Source: Tubiluchus corallicola (taxonomy: Eukaryota; Animalia; Priapulida). Taken from it: a stretch of DNA of 64,000 bases. Every line of letters begins with the position of its first letter. The first letter of the stretch is position 1. The stretch is from assembly GCA_030141605.1 (NCBI GenBank), contig JAQGDQ010000070.1, positions 1 to 64,000 on the forward strand, read 5' to 3'. Positions 37,028 through 49,900 of the stretch are shown here, in pieces. The translations under genes and the position numbers were made by a program. The notes beneath the pieces were generated by a model. The model saw only the letters and a list, made by a program, of their open reading frames with translations, was not told the DNA's origin and made no database searches.

Positions 37028-37215
37028 CTGAACACTGTTAAGCTTCTCACTAAGACGATGGTTCTCCTTTTCTAGCTCTGAGATTCGCTTGGAGCTTTCC
37101 GCTGCTGCAGACTCTCTGGCTTCCTCTAAGGTGTGCTGTAGTTTTTGGTTTTCAAGCTGTAGCCGCAAGATTGTTGCACTTGCGCTTTCGTTCAACTGCT
37201 CCGACAAGGAATTAC
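37028..37215 (-). CDS. CCDC88: CCDC88 exon
   Basis: NSLSEQLNESASATILRLQLENQKL...; phase 1-0. Confidence 0.92.
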
Positions 37216-38116
37216 CTGCACAGGATGGTTTTAGAAAATCAGCGAAATGCTGCTAGTTTGTGTAAATTACTTACAATTACAATGAAAACATATTTAAAAC
37301 ATTGTGTCATTTGTGGTACTTATAAAAGTACACCAAGCACAGTGGGTAACAGTGTTAAACCTTAAATGTTTAGTGCTCATTTTAGCAATAATTACCCACA
37401 GTTCTCATAATTCTTCATCTGGTCTGGTCGAAAAGTTGTTAATTTGTTTTAGGTATTTTTACATATAGTTCAGGCATGGAAATAAATAAGAGATAGCTTG
37501 CTTTGAGCAAAGAAAGAAGCCACAGTGGATACCATGTTCTAATACTAATGGGGACTATGATCTGTTGTACAGCAAACAATGGGAGCCGTGTTGCGCACAG
37601 AAAAATTGTATTTGAATTTAACAAAACTGGTATCTGAGCGACACACTTTTAAAGTATTGTTTCCATATGCATGCTAGCGATCTTTCTCTGTGCAGGTGTG
37701 GCGATTTAATCTATAAGATCAGCACACTACACGCTGACACGTAACATCAGCACTTACCACGGGGCTTACTAATGGCCACAGTTGTGGAAAGACCAGAATT
37801 TGTCTAATTTACTTCCCTGTGAAGTTTTGTTTGCTTCACAGAAATGTCAAACAAACTCGTGCGTAGATGCTACAGTTTTGATTAATTGATTTTCTGCTAA
37901 AAGATTATTATGTTAGTAATACTTTTGACAAATAATTTATCCCAGAATTTTATCGCAAACATCAAAATTTGCTTGAAAAGTCAATCATTCCATTTCAATT
38001 CGTCAGTCTTTGACAAAATTTTGTTGTTTTGTTTTTTCTAAACAGAAAAATATCTGCAAAAAAAGAATGACACAAAAAAAAACTGGAGAAAACAGCCATG
38101 AACATAAGAGAATTAC

Positions 38117-38558
38117 CAGTGGAAGACTTTCGGGCTTCTTGCAGCTGAACACCAAGGTTAGCCGACTCATTAATCGAGTTCTGCTTGTCGAACATGAGTT
38201 GAGTGTTCTCCGTGACCAGTTCGTCAATGCGTTCCCGGTCGACGTCGCGTTCCTCCTCCAACTCGCTGATCTGTGCCTTACACTTCATCAGGTCGTTCTC
38301 AAGGTCGATGATTGTCTCGGTGCGCTTGTGACTAGATGCAAGCTGATCTTCCAACATGTGCTTTGTCTCCAGAAGGATGTGGTTGTCCTCCCGGAGCTCC
38401 TCGACTCTTGCCTTGAAGAAATCGAGCTCGCCGAGCTTCTCGCGACACTTGAGCAGTTCGTTTTCGAGTTTGCCGACGACATTTGCTCGCTCCCGTACTA
38501 CGTCCAGCTCGTCACGGTACGATCTGGCTGTTCGTGCATCTTGCAACAGCTCAGCATT
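38117..38558 (-). CDS. CCDC88: CCDC88 exon
   Basis: NAELLQDARTARSYRDELDVVRERA...FFKARVEELREDNHILLETKHMLEDQL, a hallmark Girdin/Daple segment; phase 0-1. Confidence 0.96.
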
Positions 38559-39066
38559 CTGCAAATAACAACCGATATGCAGTACTCGTGATTTCTTAGC
38601 AACGATCAAAGATTAAAGCATTGTTTTTGCCTAGCTGAATTTCAACACTACTCATAACCACTGGTCGATGGCCTTATCTTCTTACAAACGAATCTGTCGT
38701 AGGCAAAAGAAAGGAGTCAGTCACACTGAATAAGAAGTTCTTTAACTCAATTTTACACTTAGATAGACCAAAAGCTGATTCAAATGTGTTCAGATGTTTA
38801 TTTGAAAAGAATATTTGCAAAAGTTATTGCGCCAAGTACACATTAGTCATGTTAGGATATTTTCAATCATTGGTGGATTTTCTAATTTTTCCAAGAATTG
38901 CATCTGTGCAATACCGCAAAAAACACAAGGTACATAAAACAGTAGGGAGCATAAAAAATTTAGAAAACTAGTAATGAAGTTAACTAATTAGTGAAATGTA
39001 ACATAAATAGCAATCAAAGGTAAAACTTCTGCAACAGTTGGCTATAATATAAGCAGCACAATGTAC

Positions 39067-39148
39067 CTCCTGTTTGAGTTTACTGGCTGAAGCTGTGATC
39101 AGTTCCAACTCTTCACGAAGTTCCAACACTTGTTCGTTTTTCTCTTCC
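39067..39148 (-). CDS. CCDC88: CCDC88 exon
   Basis: EEKNEQVLELREELELITASASKLKQE; phase 2-0. Confidence 0.9.
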
Positions 39149-39603
39149 CTGAAAAAAAACACCATGAACAATGCCACAGCCATTTATAGTGATGGTGTTG
39201 ACCATAAAAAGGGAAAGGCCCAATGGTTACACTGACTCTGATGCTTAGATGCTTGGACGGGTTCAATGCCGACAAAAGAGTTTAACATTAGCAATTTAAT
39301 ATTTCTGAAGGATTTCCAGCCCTCCATATTTTTTAGACCCGCTAGTCTTTGTCGATCACGATGATTTATCATGTCTTAAGATCTACTAGTCCAAAAAACA
39401 TAAATATAAGCCTTATCAGTGTTTGGAATCAGTAATTATGGTTAATGTAAGAGCATTACAGGCATATGAAAACAGGTGGTCTCTTTTTTCTTTATTTTAT
39501 TACGTCTTGATCTTTTCTATAAACCAGCAAATGCCTAAATATAAAGATGTTTCTACTTCTACTATTAAGCTATATATTAATAACAGAAAAAAAGAGTACT
39601 CAC

Positions 39604-39746
39604 AATTCTTGTCTCAGTCTGCGTAGCTTGGCTTTACTGTCAGCAAGCTCAACAGCCAGATGATGAGACTCTGCAGTGCCTTGACCGGTGATACCATTTT
39701 CTTTAATAGCGGGCTTCTCTGAGCCAAGCACTAGTTCAACTAAATT
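39604..39746 (-). CDS. CCDC88: CCDC88 exon
   Basis: ...ESHHLAVELADSKAKLRRLRQEL resembles Girdin HLSVELADAKAKIRRLRQEL; phase 0-2. Confidence 0.93.
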
Positions 39747-40182
39747 CTGAAAAATTTTGTATGTTATACTAACAAGTGCAAGCTATAAAGATAAAATTAT
39801 AATTATAACGATACGTATCCCCGGAAATGACGGCTGAATTCAGACACTCCTTTGGGACAAACCTCAAAAATTGACGATTCAGTTACAATACATGAAGATC
39901 AGGGCCTGCCACATTAAACTGCAAAGTGAAACCATGCATTATTTAACTGCTAAGTTTTTAATGCAAAATTTTGCAAACATATAGGTTGGCAAGAGATCTT
40001 GAAAACTCTTTAATCACACTTACTACAATGACAAAAACCGAACTGAGGACCACATCGATCTTAGATTGTCCAAACAAGACTGCCAGCATGATGAATCATG
40101 CTAGTCACTTTGGAGCAAAGAAAGTGTCAAAAACAGCAAAAACTGGCAAATAAAAAACTCACACTTCCTAATCATAGTTTAC

Positions 40183-40323
40183 CTGTTGTAATACATCTCT
40201 CTCACAGACTAGTCGTTTGCAGTGTTCATATAAACACTTATACATTAGTGCCTGCTGATCCTCGGGTAATTCGGACAGATCCCGCCATTCCTGAGACAAC
40301 ATCGCTTCATAGTTGTCTGTAAT
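40183..40323 (-). CDS. CCDC88: CCDC88 exon
   Basis: ITDNYEAMLSQEW...HCKRLVCERDVLQQ; 141 nt, phase 0-0. Confidence 0.9.
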
Positions 40324-42239
40324 CTGGAACACAAATTACATAGTTTTACCACTTAACAAAATTAAAATTAGTAAATGTGGGGAGAAATATTGTGCGGATG
40401 TGCATTATGAAATTACGTTTAAGTACATATTACGATATTATGAAGATCTAGGGTCAATGATACAAAAAAACTAGGCTAAATAAGAAAAGACTTCTTTCGA
40501 GATTTATGTATTTAGCCAACATGTAAGCATTCAGATAATTACAGGTTTATCTGTATTTGTAACAATTAAATGTGTAATTTAATTATAAGTGCTGTGTGGC
40601 CGAGGAGACCTGAAAATAGCAATACAGCCTCATAAGTTAAAAGCCAATTCAAGAAGAGACGAATGGAAGAGAAGTGGAAGAGAGAGAATGGATGAAAGTG
40701 AGGAAAGGGAAGAAAGACACAAGAGAACCACAGAAGCAAAAACTGATGTCGATGCAGCACTGACAACGGTAACGGTGACAACGAAAAAGACAGGCCTTTC
40801 AAAAATTCAAGAACTGCCATCATTTTAATCCATCAAAATAAATGCAAATTAAGGGAGACTCGGATAAGAAACTTTGACAAGCCAAAACTTCGAACTTTTA
40901 TTGACACAGAGCTGTAAGATATAAATCAAGAATTTATTTAAATTAGTCACTGCAAGAGCAAAGAAACTTGTCAAAAATGGCCACAAGGAGGCACTATAAT
41001 TTCATAATTACAGCTAATAATGCCTACCTTTATATTTACTGCGTATAGTTATTCTAATAATTAGTTACACAATATCACAAAATGCACACTAGGCAATATT
41101 TATTAGTACAAAAATAATATTTTTAGGTCCTGTTATTAATTTGATTTGATTAAGTGCTACTGAAATCTACAGCAAATATTACTTTAGCTTTGCAAGACGT
41201 ACAGAAAGGATAAATTGGCACCTTACCAATTACAACGTAGCCAAGCCTAGCATAATAAAAAAAAACGCTGTTATAAAAAACAGAAATTAATCGATGTGAA
41301 TTGTTTTTAATAAAGTAAAGCTCCTACCTCTCAATAAATAATTACTAAAAATAAGATCTTCACATTATTTCATTATGAATGAGACGTATCTAGTCAACAG
41401 AAGTTTTGTGCAATGATCTGCACATATTTGTGTCCTGTAATACATTGCTAGCTCCTAATTATTACACGTGTCCATAAAACTGAAAATGGAAATTCCAATA
41501 CCTTAATGTGGCATACAGTGAAAGGGGTTTAAAATAATGTACAGTAACTTATGATTAAAATGTGATATAGACACTAAATGTAAAAACTTACACTTCTGAT
41601 AATAAAACTGTGATAAAATATGAACTAATGTTGAATCTTAGTTGGTTAACACATCAGTCGAAATAAATGCCTAGGAAATAAATCTATTGAATTGAATGCA
41701 GTCACGCCCAGATATAAAATGAAACTAAAGCAATCCAAGTTTGCAAGTTTTTGTCAGTTATAAACAAAGATATAGGCCTAGTCATTAATAGCATACACTA
41801 ATGCAAAAACTGTATTCCAAGAATACTAGGGCACAAAATGACAAAATAAAACACAGCTGTACAACTGAATTAAAATTGTTTCAATTAAGTTTTAATTTAC
41901 AGTCAGGCAAAAACATGAAACTGCCAAAGAGCAATCGTCGAACGCCACAATATTTTGGCTGCAATGGTCTAGCGTTTCGGCTTGTTTTGCAGAATTCCTA
42001 GGAATAATTTTTTTTCTTCCTTTGGCTCTAGGTCTTCATAACATTAATTTTAAATACGTAATGGTTAAATTATTATTTAAAGATAGTCACGTGTGTCTCT
42101 TCTTTCCCATTATTGAACATTATTTTATTATAAACTTACACATTCGTATAATACTTCAATTTTCATTCGTCTTAAATGCAAAATCTGATACTTACCTGGT
42201 ACATGCGCATTAACTAATTAATTATATTAGTAACAATCC

Positions 42240-42428
42240 TGAGAGGGTGACTGACCTCGATAACTTATAGTTCTTTCGCCACCCTTTCACTACTAATCAA
42301 TAATTACTTTTGCACTTTGCAATATTATTGTATGTTGTACAGATTTATAAATCTCTTAGTTATGTATTTTGCTATTTTAAAAATGGTGATAAACTAATAA
42401 ACTTACTTACTTACTTTTTTACTTACTA
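42240..42428 (+). mobile_element. Probable 3' end of a CR1/L2-type LINE (or related SINE)
   Basis: Stem-loop agggtga...tcgccaccct, AT-rich tail, AATAAA, then (CTTA)n. Confidence 0.45.
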
Positions 42429-44047
42429 GGATAATTACACATGAAAAAGCAACTATCTGTGTAGAAATCAGCAAATGAACAAAATATACGTGAGCTGCAG
42501 CAGTGATTTCAAAATGGGGAAAGACCGTGGCAAATATGTAGTCAAAAAAGCAAATAACGTATGCCAAATGTTAGTAACATCAAAAGTGCATGTAGAAAAA
42601 TGAAATTTCAGAGCGCAAGAAAAACTGTTAAAATCACGAAAGTACGTTTTCCGTAATTCTTTCAAATGAGAAAAGAAAGATTTGAAAAGCTTTACAAGCA
42701 TCACTAATAAACCTCAAAACTAGGTTTATGAAATGCCGAAGCAAGATGTTTTTTATGAAAACGATTTTATGCTGCCCTGGTGGTGTTTAGCTACAAATGC
42801 CGGCATATAATAAATTTGTACAGGAGTGCCAACAAAGTCAGTAAAACGAATTTAAACCACAAAAGTATTTATGCTTTTGGCAAGCAGAAATGCTGCAAAA
42901 CTTTGACAGACTTCAACAGTAGGGAAGTAATAAATGGGGCTGCTAGAAGTGTAGCAAGAGCAACACAAAGGCACGGCAAAAACGTTTTTCAGTATATATG
43001 AGATAGTCAACTCCATGCGTCCATGTAAAATGAATAATGTAGATATAACGGGAGTTAAATAACTACCTTATACGTGCAGTTCGTTTGGGCAACAACAAAA
43101 GAGACAGTTGATAGACATAGACATCGTTATTGGTCATATATATTAATCGTATACGCGACTCAGAATTAGAATTCGCTTATTTTTCATCTGTTAGTAAAAA
43201 ATAATTAGTACGTCACAAAAACTGAAACAAAATATAACATAATAATAATTTTTATCACTATACATAGGTGAAGGCGGCGAATGAATATTAGTCATCGAGT
43301 CAGCCACCCCAATATTTACTTACTGTGCCGCTAGTTACTAAGAAGATGGATGAATAAGCAGTGAACTGATATAAATATAATAGTTAGTATTTAAACACAA
43401 TTAAACATACTGAAATTTCCATTTTTGCATTCCCCAGACTAATTAAGAAACAATTAGCACAAAAATTTTGCAAATGTAATTAACTGTACATACAAAACTA
43501 AATGTTATATTAAGTACATCATTTTCTTTAACATCTTCGTTTGTTATTATTACAAAGATCAGTATAGCCAACAAACATAGTTGATACAGGAGAGGATTTC
43601 TCTGAGAGAGTAACTCAAGCTGGAATTACAGTGGACATCTGTAGTTACCTCTAAACTTAGTATTTTCACCCATTTGGTCATTCAAGAGTAAGACAGAAGC
43701 TACAAAACTAGTTTGGTCATTAAATTTTGAGTCATGCCCTGCGCTCTCTGGGAGAAAAAGACCAATGAAAATTTATGGCCGCAGGGTGGTATAAATGGAA
43801 ACAATAACCTTTGTAGTAGCACGTTTTAGACAAAGCAACCCTGGGGTGCAAAGAACAGTTTACATCATCATGCAGCTCTATGGCTAGTGGTATAGCACTT
43901 TGATGCATTGTGTGCTAGCATTTACAACTTATTTCTCAAAGTTAAGTACTGCAGACACTAGTACAATAACCTAGGAAAATCCAGAAAAAACGCATAAAAA
44001 CAAATAAAATGCAATGCATATAAATATATATAAACACACACACACAG

Positions 44048-44082
44048 ATATGAGTGCCTATGATTATTCTGTATTCTGCCAA

Positions 44083-44120
<38 letters not shown>

Positions 44121-44507
44121 TCGAGAGCAGTGCTGTGTTAGTCTGAAAGACATGAGTGCCCATGATTATTCTGTATTCTGCCAAATAAATATATATATAT
44201 ATATATAAATTCATGAGCAGTGCTGTGTTAATCTGAAAGGTATGAGTGCCTATGATTATTCTGCCAAATCAATGTGCATGGAACTTATACCATATTTCAG
44301 CATTCCTGTAGCAAAATCAGTTTTATCCTGGAGAAGCAGAATTTGGAATTGTACAAACATTATTTGGTACAATATAATTGATAGCAATGACTTTTAGTGA
44401 TGGTATTAAGTCTCTTTAAGCACAAACAAATGTATTGCAATGTAGTGAGATAAAGGAGTTGATTTGCAATCATTTTTGTAATTGTGATTGCAGTTTCGTA
44501 ATTGTAA
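44048..44507 (+). repeat. Local duplication of ~46463-46762 with tandem sub-repeats and (TA)n
   Basis: 44209-44507 is nearly identical to 46463-46762. The unit gagtgcc(t)atgattattctg occurs three times, separated by (TA)n runs. Confidence 0.88.
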
Positions 44508-45913
44508 ACTTTTCGTAAATGCAACTGTAGGGCTCAGAATATTTTCTTTTGTTTGATAAATTTGGAGTAAAATTTGCCATAATTCTTGCAGATCAACTAA
44601 CAACTATGTACAGGGAACATAACTAACTACAAAGAAATGAGTTAGTTTTCAGTGACTTGCAATGTAAATGATTGCAGTGTATCTCCGAAACTTAGCGAAA
44701 TTTTATAACCAGTGAGTGACCACCAATCACCAATGAATTAAAACAGGTGAAGGGCTCAAGCCAATGAACTGATTCTTGGAAACAATAAATACTGCATTGA
44801 TGTGAGTTAGACTTAAATACTAAATACCACAACCCCCCCCCCCCCAAGTTATTTGTTAACTTTGAGCTTAGCGACTTCAACTCTATATCCTAGGCCTAGC
44901 ACTTATTATCACATTTCTCTGTCAAACAGCCAAGACATATAACTACTGCAAAAAACAGCCAGAGTGAATCACCGCTTGCTTAGCTACACTCTGATCAAGG
45001 CTGAAGCAAAAGCAATTAATTCTTACCAGAACTGAACTAAACTACTGAAAAATAACCAGCAAAACATAAACAGACCTACCTGACCTACTCTTACAAAATT
45101 AACTTACACATATGCAATACGAAATTTGATTTTAAGAAATGGCCCGTGTGTGACAGGTTTAAATTCGTAAAAGCTGTTTCAAAACGGGATGAGTAATAGA
45201 GGAGATGACGCAGCCATTCATAAACCAGGAACAAATCGATTGTTGAGAGTTGTTTGAACTGGCTTCACATCTAATACCCCAGCGTCCAGAATTAGAATAC
45301 TCAGACTTTTAACAAAGTTGAGTAAATCAGTGAATTATCAATACGACTGGAACATGAAGATCCTTAGAAAGATAAAAGTGTAGATTCAGCTCGCATGGGA
45401 GGGGGGGGGGGTAAAAATTTTCGTTCACGGACACAACGTAGACTTGGAAAGTGAGCTCTATCACATGGAACGCATGAATTTTGTATGAACCCATAGCACA
45501 AGCGCTGCATTATCAAGCATCGTCCAACACACTAACACTTACGCGAATGCAACTATATGTATTATGACTTATGAGTATGTATACATGTATGAATGTATAT
45601 AAAACAGCATCATTGGTAATTGGAAAACCTATCCATTTTTAATGAGCATAAATTATCTGCACATAAATGATCTAAGGGGAAACATTGTAAACAATTCAAT
45701 GCAATTTACAGTAAAGAATTCAGCATCGCCAGCCAAACCAACATTAGAAGACCTAAGATGAAAAAGTAACCAGAGGTCGTCCACTGACCGTAAGGAGAGT
45801 TTTAAAGATAGAGCTACTTATCAGGGTCGCGTGGTCACCAGGTTGACATTACGTGAGTATTCACGTTTAAATGACTTTGGTTAGCAAAAGCTACTAAATT
45901 TTAAGTTTAATAC

Positions 45914-46056
45914 CTGCTGTATGTATGAAACAATCGCATGCTGTACATTAAAGTCCAAATTCTTGATGTTCTCCACCATCTCTTCCTTCCGGTCACACTG
46001 CACAGCGCACCCTAGTAGCAGCAACAGCAACTTCTCCAGCTCCTTTAGACCAGTAG
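45914..46056 (-). CDS. CCDC88: CCDC88 exon, HOOK domain
   Basis: ELEKLLLLLLGCAVQCDRKEEMVENIKNLDFNVQHAIVSYIQQ carries the Hook-domain LLLGCAVQC signature; phase 1-0. Confidence 0.96.
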
Positions 46057-46890
46057 CTAAAAGAAGTAAAACCGATGATTTATGAAAGTTAGAACTGTGA
46101 TAAAACTGTAATTAGAAACTGGGTGAGGGTAGCAAGGCCCCCAGATCAAAAACAAAGTTTCTAACGAAAGTTTACAAATAACTAATCAGAGGAATGCATG
46201 GAATGTATTTCCGGTTTAGCACATTCTGTAATTTGTCAAAACATTTCATTTCTTCTACAGCCTATACCGTATTTGAATTAAGTCATTGGTAGAAAACACA
46301 CAGCTGCTTTGGAAAACTATCATTAGGTGTGTTCACATTCATATTGTAAGAATAACTGGGTTATAGCAATGGCAGTGATGTAAGAGTTAATTAAAGCAAA
46401 TGTACTTAATTTAATGTATTTGAATACATCGTGGCATGTTAAGTTCTCACCAAGATCACACTAATTCCTGAGCAGTGCTGTGTTAGTCTGAAAGATATGA
46501 GTGCCTATGATTATTCTGCCAAATCAATGTGCATGGAACTTATACCACATTTCAGCATTCCTGTAGCAAAATCAGTTTTATCCCGGAGAAGCAGAATTTG
46601 GAATTGTACAAACGTTATTTTGTACAATATAATTGATAGCAATGACTTTTAGTGATGGGATTAAGTCTCTCTAAGCACAAACAAATGTAATGCAATGTAG
46701 TGAGATAAAGGAGTTGATTTGCAATCATTTTTGTAATTGTGACTGCAGTTTCGTAATTGTAATTTTGATCTTTTATGGCATCGGGCATTCATATGTTTTA
46801 ACACATGGTCATTTGAAAAGAGATTGAGTGGAAGACATAATGAATCTAATACGACAGTCATCAATAAACTCATGCAGCAAATTAACGTAC

Positions 46891-46960
46891 CTGTTTCGAT
46901 TGACTTGCAGATAGTCACAACATTTGGCAACTGCATGACGATCGTCTGCTCCAAAACATC
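46891..46960 (-). CDS. CCDC88: CCDC88 exon, HOOK domain; most 5' exon recognised
   Basis: tttttag|GATGTT...GAAACAG|gtacgt; DVLEQTIVMQLPNVVTICKSIET resembles Girdin ETLQQLIMMSLPNVLII. Confidence 0.92.
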
Positions 46961-49900
46961 CTAAAAACACAAAACAGATGTAAACAAAACATCTGACTGC
47001 ACGTTGTGACGAATCCAAATACGCTTGAACAAAATGGCTATAAAAGAGATAAATAATTATTTTTTTTTCAAATCAGGACGCATGCCAATCATTAACGTCC
47101 CGCTGATGTTGGTCTAAAAACAGGAAGTCAACGAAAGCATTGGCGGATGTTCATTTGAGATTGGTAGGATGTCAATGTGTAAATCTGATGAACCTACTAG
47201 CAGCAATGTGCTGCAGAACTGAGAGTTTGCTAACAGCAGTCTGTCTGTTGAAAATGTAATGTTGGAATCGTTGATTTTGCAAAGTCCAATAGAGAGATAC
47301 AATTAAGATATGGGAGGGGGTTGCACAGTGATGCATCTGCCCTCTAAGCTTTGCTCCCAACTCGCTGTTGCCGTTGCTACGACGGGGGTCTCGTTTCAAT
47401 AAACATCGCCGGTTTGGGAAGACAGCTGGTCAACACACTCGGTGTGTCGGCAGGCCCCAGAAATACCCAGTAGCGAAACTCTATCGACAGCAGGTCATCT
47501 CAGGTCACAGATTGTAAAAACACGTGTTGCTTAACACCCTAGCTACTACGTACTGCCCGTCGCATAGTAAGCTTAGTAAATTTAGACAAACTGAAAGAAA
47601 AAGAATTGATTTATTCATAATTTAGTCAATTTAGTTAATGATGTCTTAGAATTTTAACAAATAAACACACCTTAGCAACATCAGTAGTATAGTCCTTATG
47701 TTACCTTTTTAAAACACTGACAATCATAATCCAAGAAGTAAAGATAGACAATCAGTGTTAGTTTATAATAAAAACATACACTGTTCTAGCAAATGCATCG
47801 GGTGCAAGCTAAACTATTAGTGTAACGAGAAATTCAAGACAATAAAAGATAAACTTTAAAATAATGGCCTTATAATGTCAAGTATAAATTTTAACTAAAA
47901 TATGTGTGAGAAAACTGAAAACACATTTTACTAACGCCAGAAAAAGGTACCCAGGTCACTAAAAAGCCCGGAAAAGCCAAAACTTATTTCAAACAACTAG
48001 GTAAATTATTCGCTAGTATTCCCAAAATCCAATACATACATACATACATATATATATGACCTTAATAATACGATAAATTTCTAAACACAAAACAATTTAT
48101 GTGTGACACGAATGTATGTAAACTCTCCTACAACGCTAGAAAGAGCTTGAGCAAATATACAACAAGAGTTCACTTCAAAACAAGTACGCCTTCAAAAATC
48201 AACTAATTACGCTAAGCTACCGCTTGTGATACCGTATAACTCATAATTATAACACACTGTGAAACAAAAACACGAAACAATGAAGTGATTCAACCTGTTG
48301 CAAATGATAACAGTAAATAACAAATTAGTATGACAATAAGACCATGACGTCATGTAAAGAAACATCACGCCCTACTTCAGGTGCACGAATTCAAGTTTCG
48401 TAACATTTTCCAGTAATTGTTTAGACGTTAAATTGAGCTTAAAGCATAACACTTGTAGACTCGATGAATTACACAGTTATTAAACTAAATTGTAAAGCTT
48501 CATGTAAATAACGATGAAACGCATGAGAGAGTATCTGTAATGATTCTATCCAAGCTCAGATAACAAAAGTTTCTCTTACAAGCTCACAAATTATCGTTTT
48601 AATCAAATTCCAATGTATGAAAGTCTCCGGGTGTCAAGAATTTTTGGTTTTGTACATTTGATATAGTTTCGTTTCACTACTGGCCTACTTGTGCATGATA
48701 TATTTTCAATTTTCACCATGAAGACGATTTGTAACAGCGCCCATAAATAATATTGGCCTGCAAAAAGTGCAATTTACAGCAAGGTGACTTTGATGTGAAG
48801 AAGTTACGGAAAATTTCCTTATTCAGTTTTGTATAATTTATCTTATAGTGCCAGATAATCAATGTTGTATAATTTCAGTTTGACCCTGGTTCTAATTTAA
48901 GACGTAGTTTACTAAGTGAATTTCTTAACAAAAGAGAAAAAGCTAAGCACTCCACTGATACAGATGCAGGTGAACACACTCAAATACTTATATGTGTAAT
49001 GATAGATTTAATTTAAGAAATCAAATTTATTGCAATACGACTATTAATAATTAAAGTAATGAACTTTCAGGTTAAAACCATGAAATGGTATTCTATACTA
49101 CATTTACACGTCTACATGCAAGCATCAGTGTATAACCCAAAAACAATTCCGAATTTATTTACTATATTCGTGTATTGTACACACAGGCACGCATGAACAT
49201 CAAACGGTACCTGCAACGGCAAGAACAACACAAAATACATAATTGTACAGGATTATACACGCACTGAAAGAAACTGTTACAAAGAACCATTACATTATAG
49301 TTAATGTCTTTTTGTCTTGTACTAATTATTTACGAATTTCCGCCAATCATAAACTTACTTGTTACGGCTGCCACTAGAGTCCATTAATATAAAAAGCAAC
49401 CTTCATACACGTACTAAGGCTTCTAAGTTTTTCCATTTAGAAAGTTTGCTCTTTCACACTAACTCTACAACCTATGTTCACAAATGTCTTAACCCACTGT
49501 CCGAGTGGCCCAGTGTCGCAGTTTTGTATATACTACATGTACAAACTGACCTATGCTAACTAGCTAAGCAAAGCTTAAAATGTTCAATGGCGTGTGATTT
49601 TTTCCGCAAAAACTTTTCCAAACATCCAGACAATAGAACTAGCATGTCTGCAGCGGCATGTCAAAAGTAATGGACGAATTCCAGAGCAATTAAATCAACA
49701 GTAATTAACTTTGCTACACCATGATGCAATAATAACCTTTTATTTAATCCCGGCCGAGAGCGAAATATGAAATATTTTCAGATAATAACTCCTGATGGCG
49801 CATTAGTCTCACATGGCTGCAGCATTACATTCAAATGTTAGTGAAAAAAATACAAACACAAAAACCAATTCAGAAAATCTGAAGACATTTCACACATCAA

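Noticed and set aside
35054-38591. Plus-strand ORFs of 100-190 aa
   Set aside because: Antisense shadows of coiled-coil exons.
44048-44270. Repeat-spacer-like pattern resembling a CRISPR array
   Set aside because: The spacers are (TA)n and repeated sequence, the context is a eukaryotic intron, and there are no cas genes.
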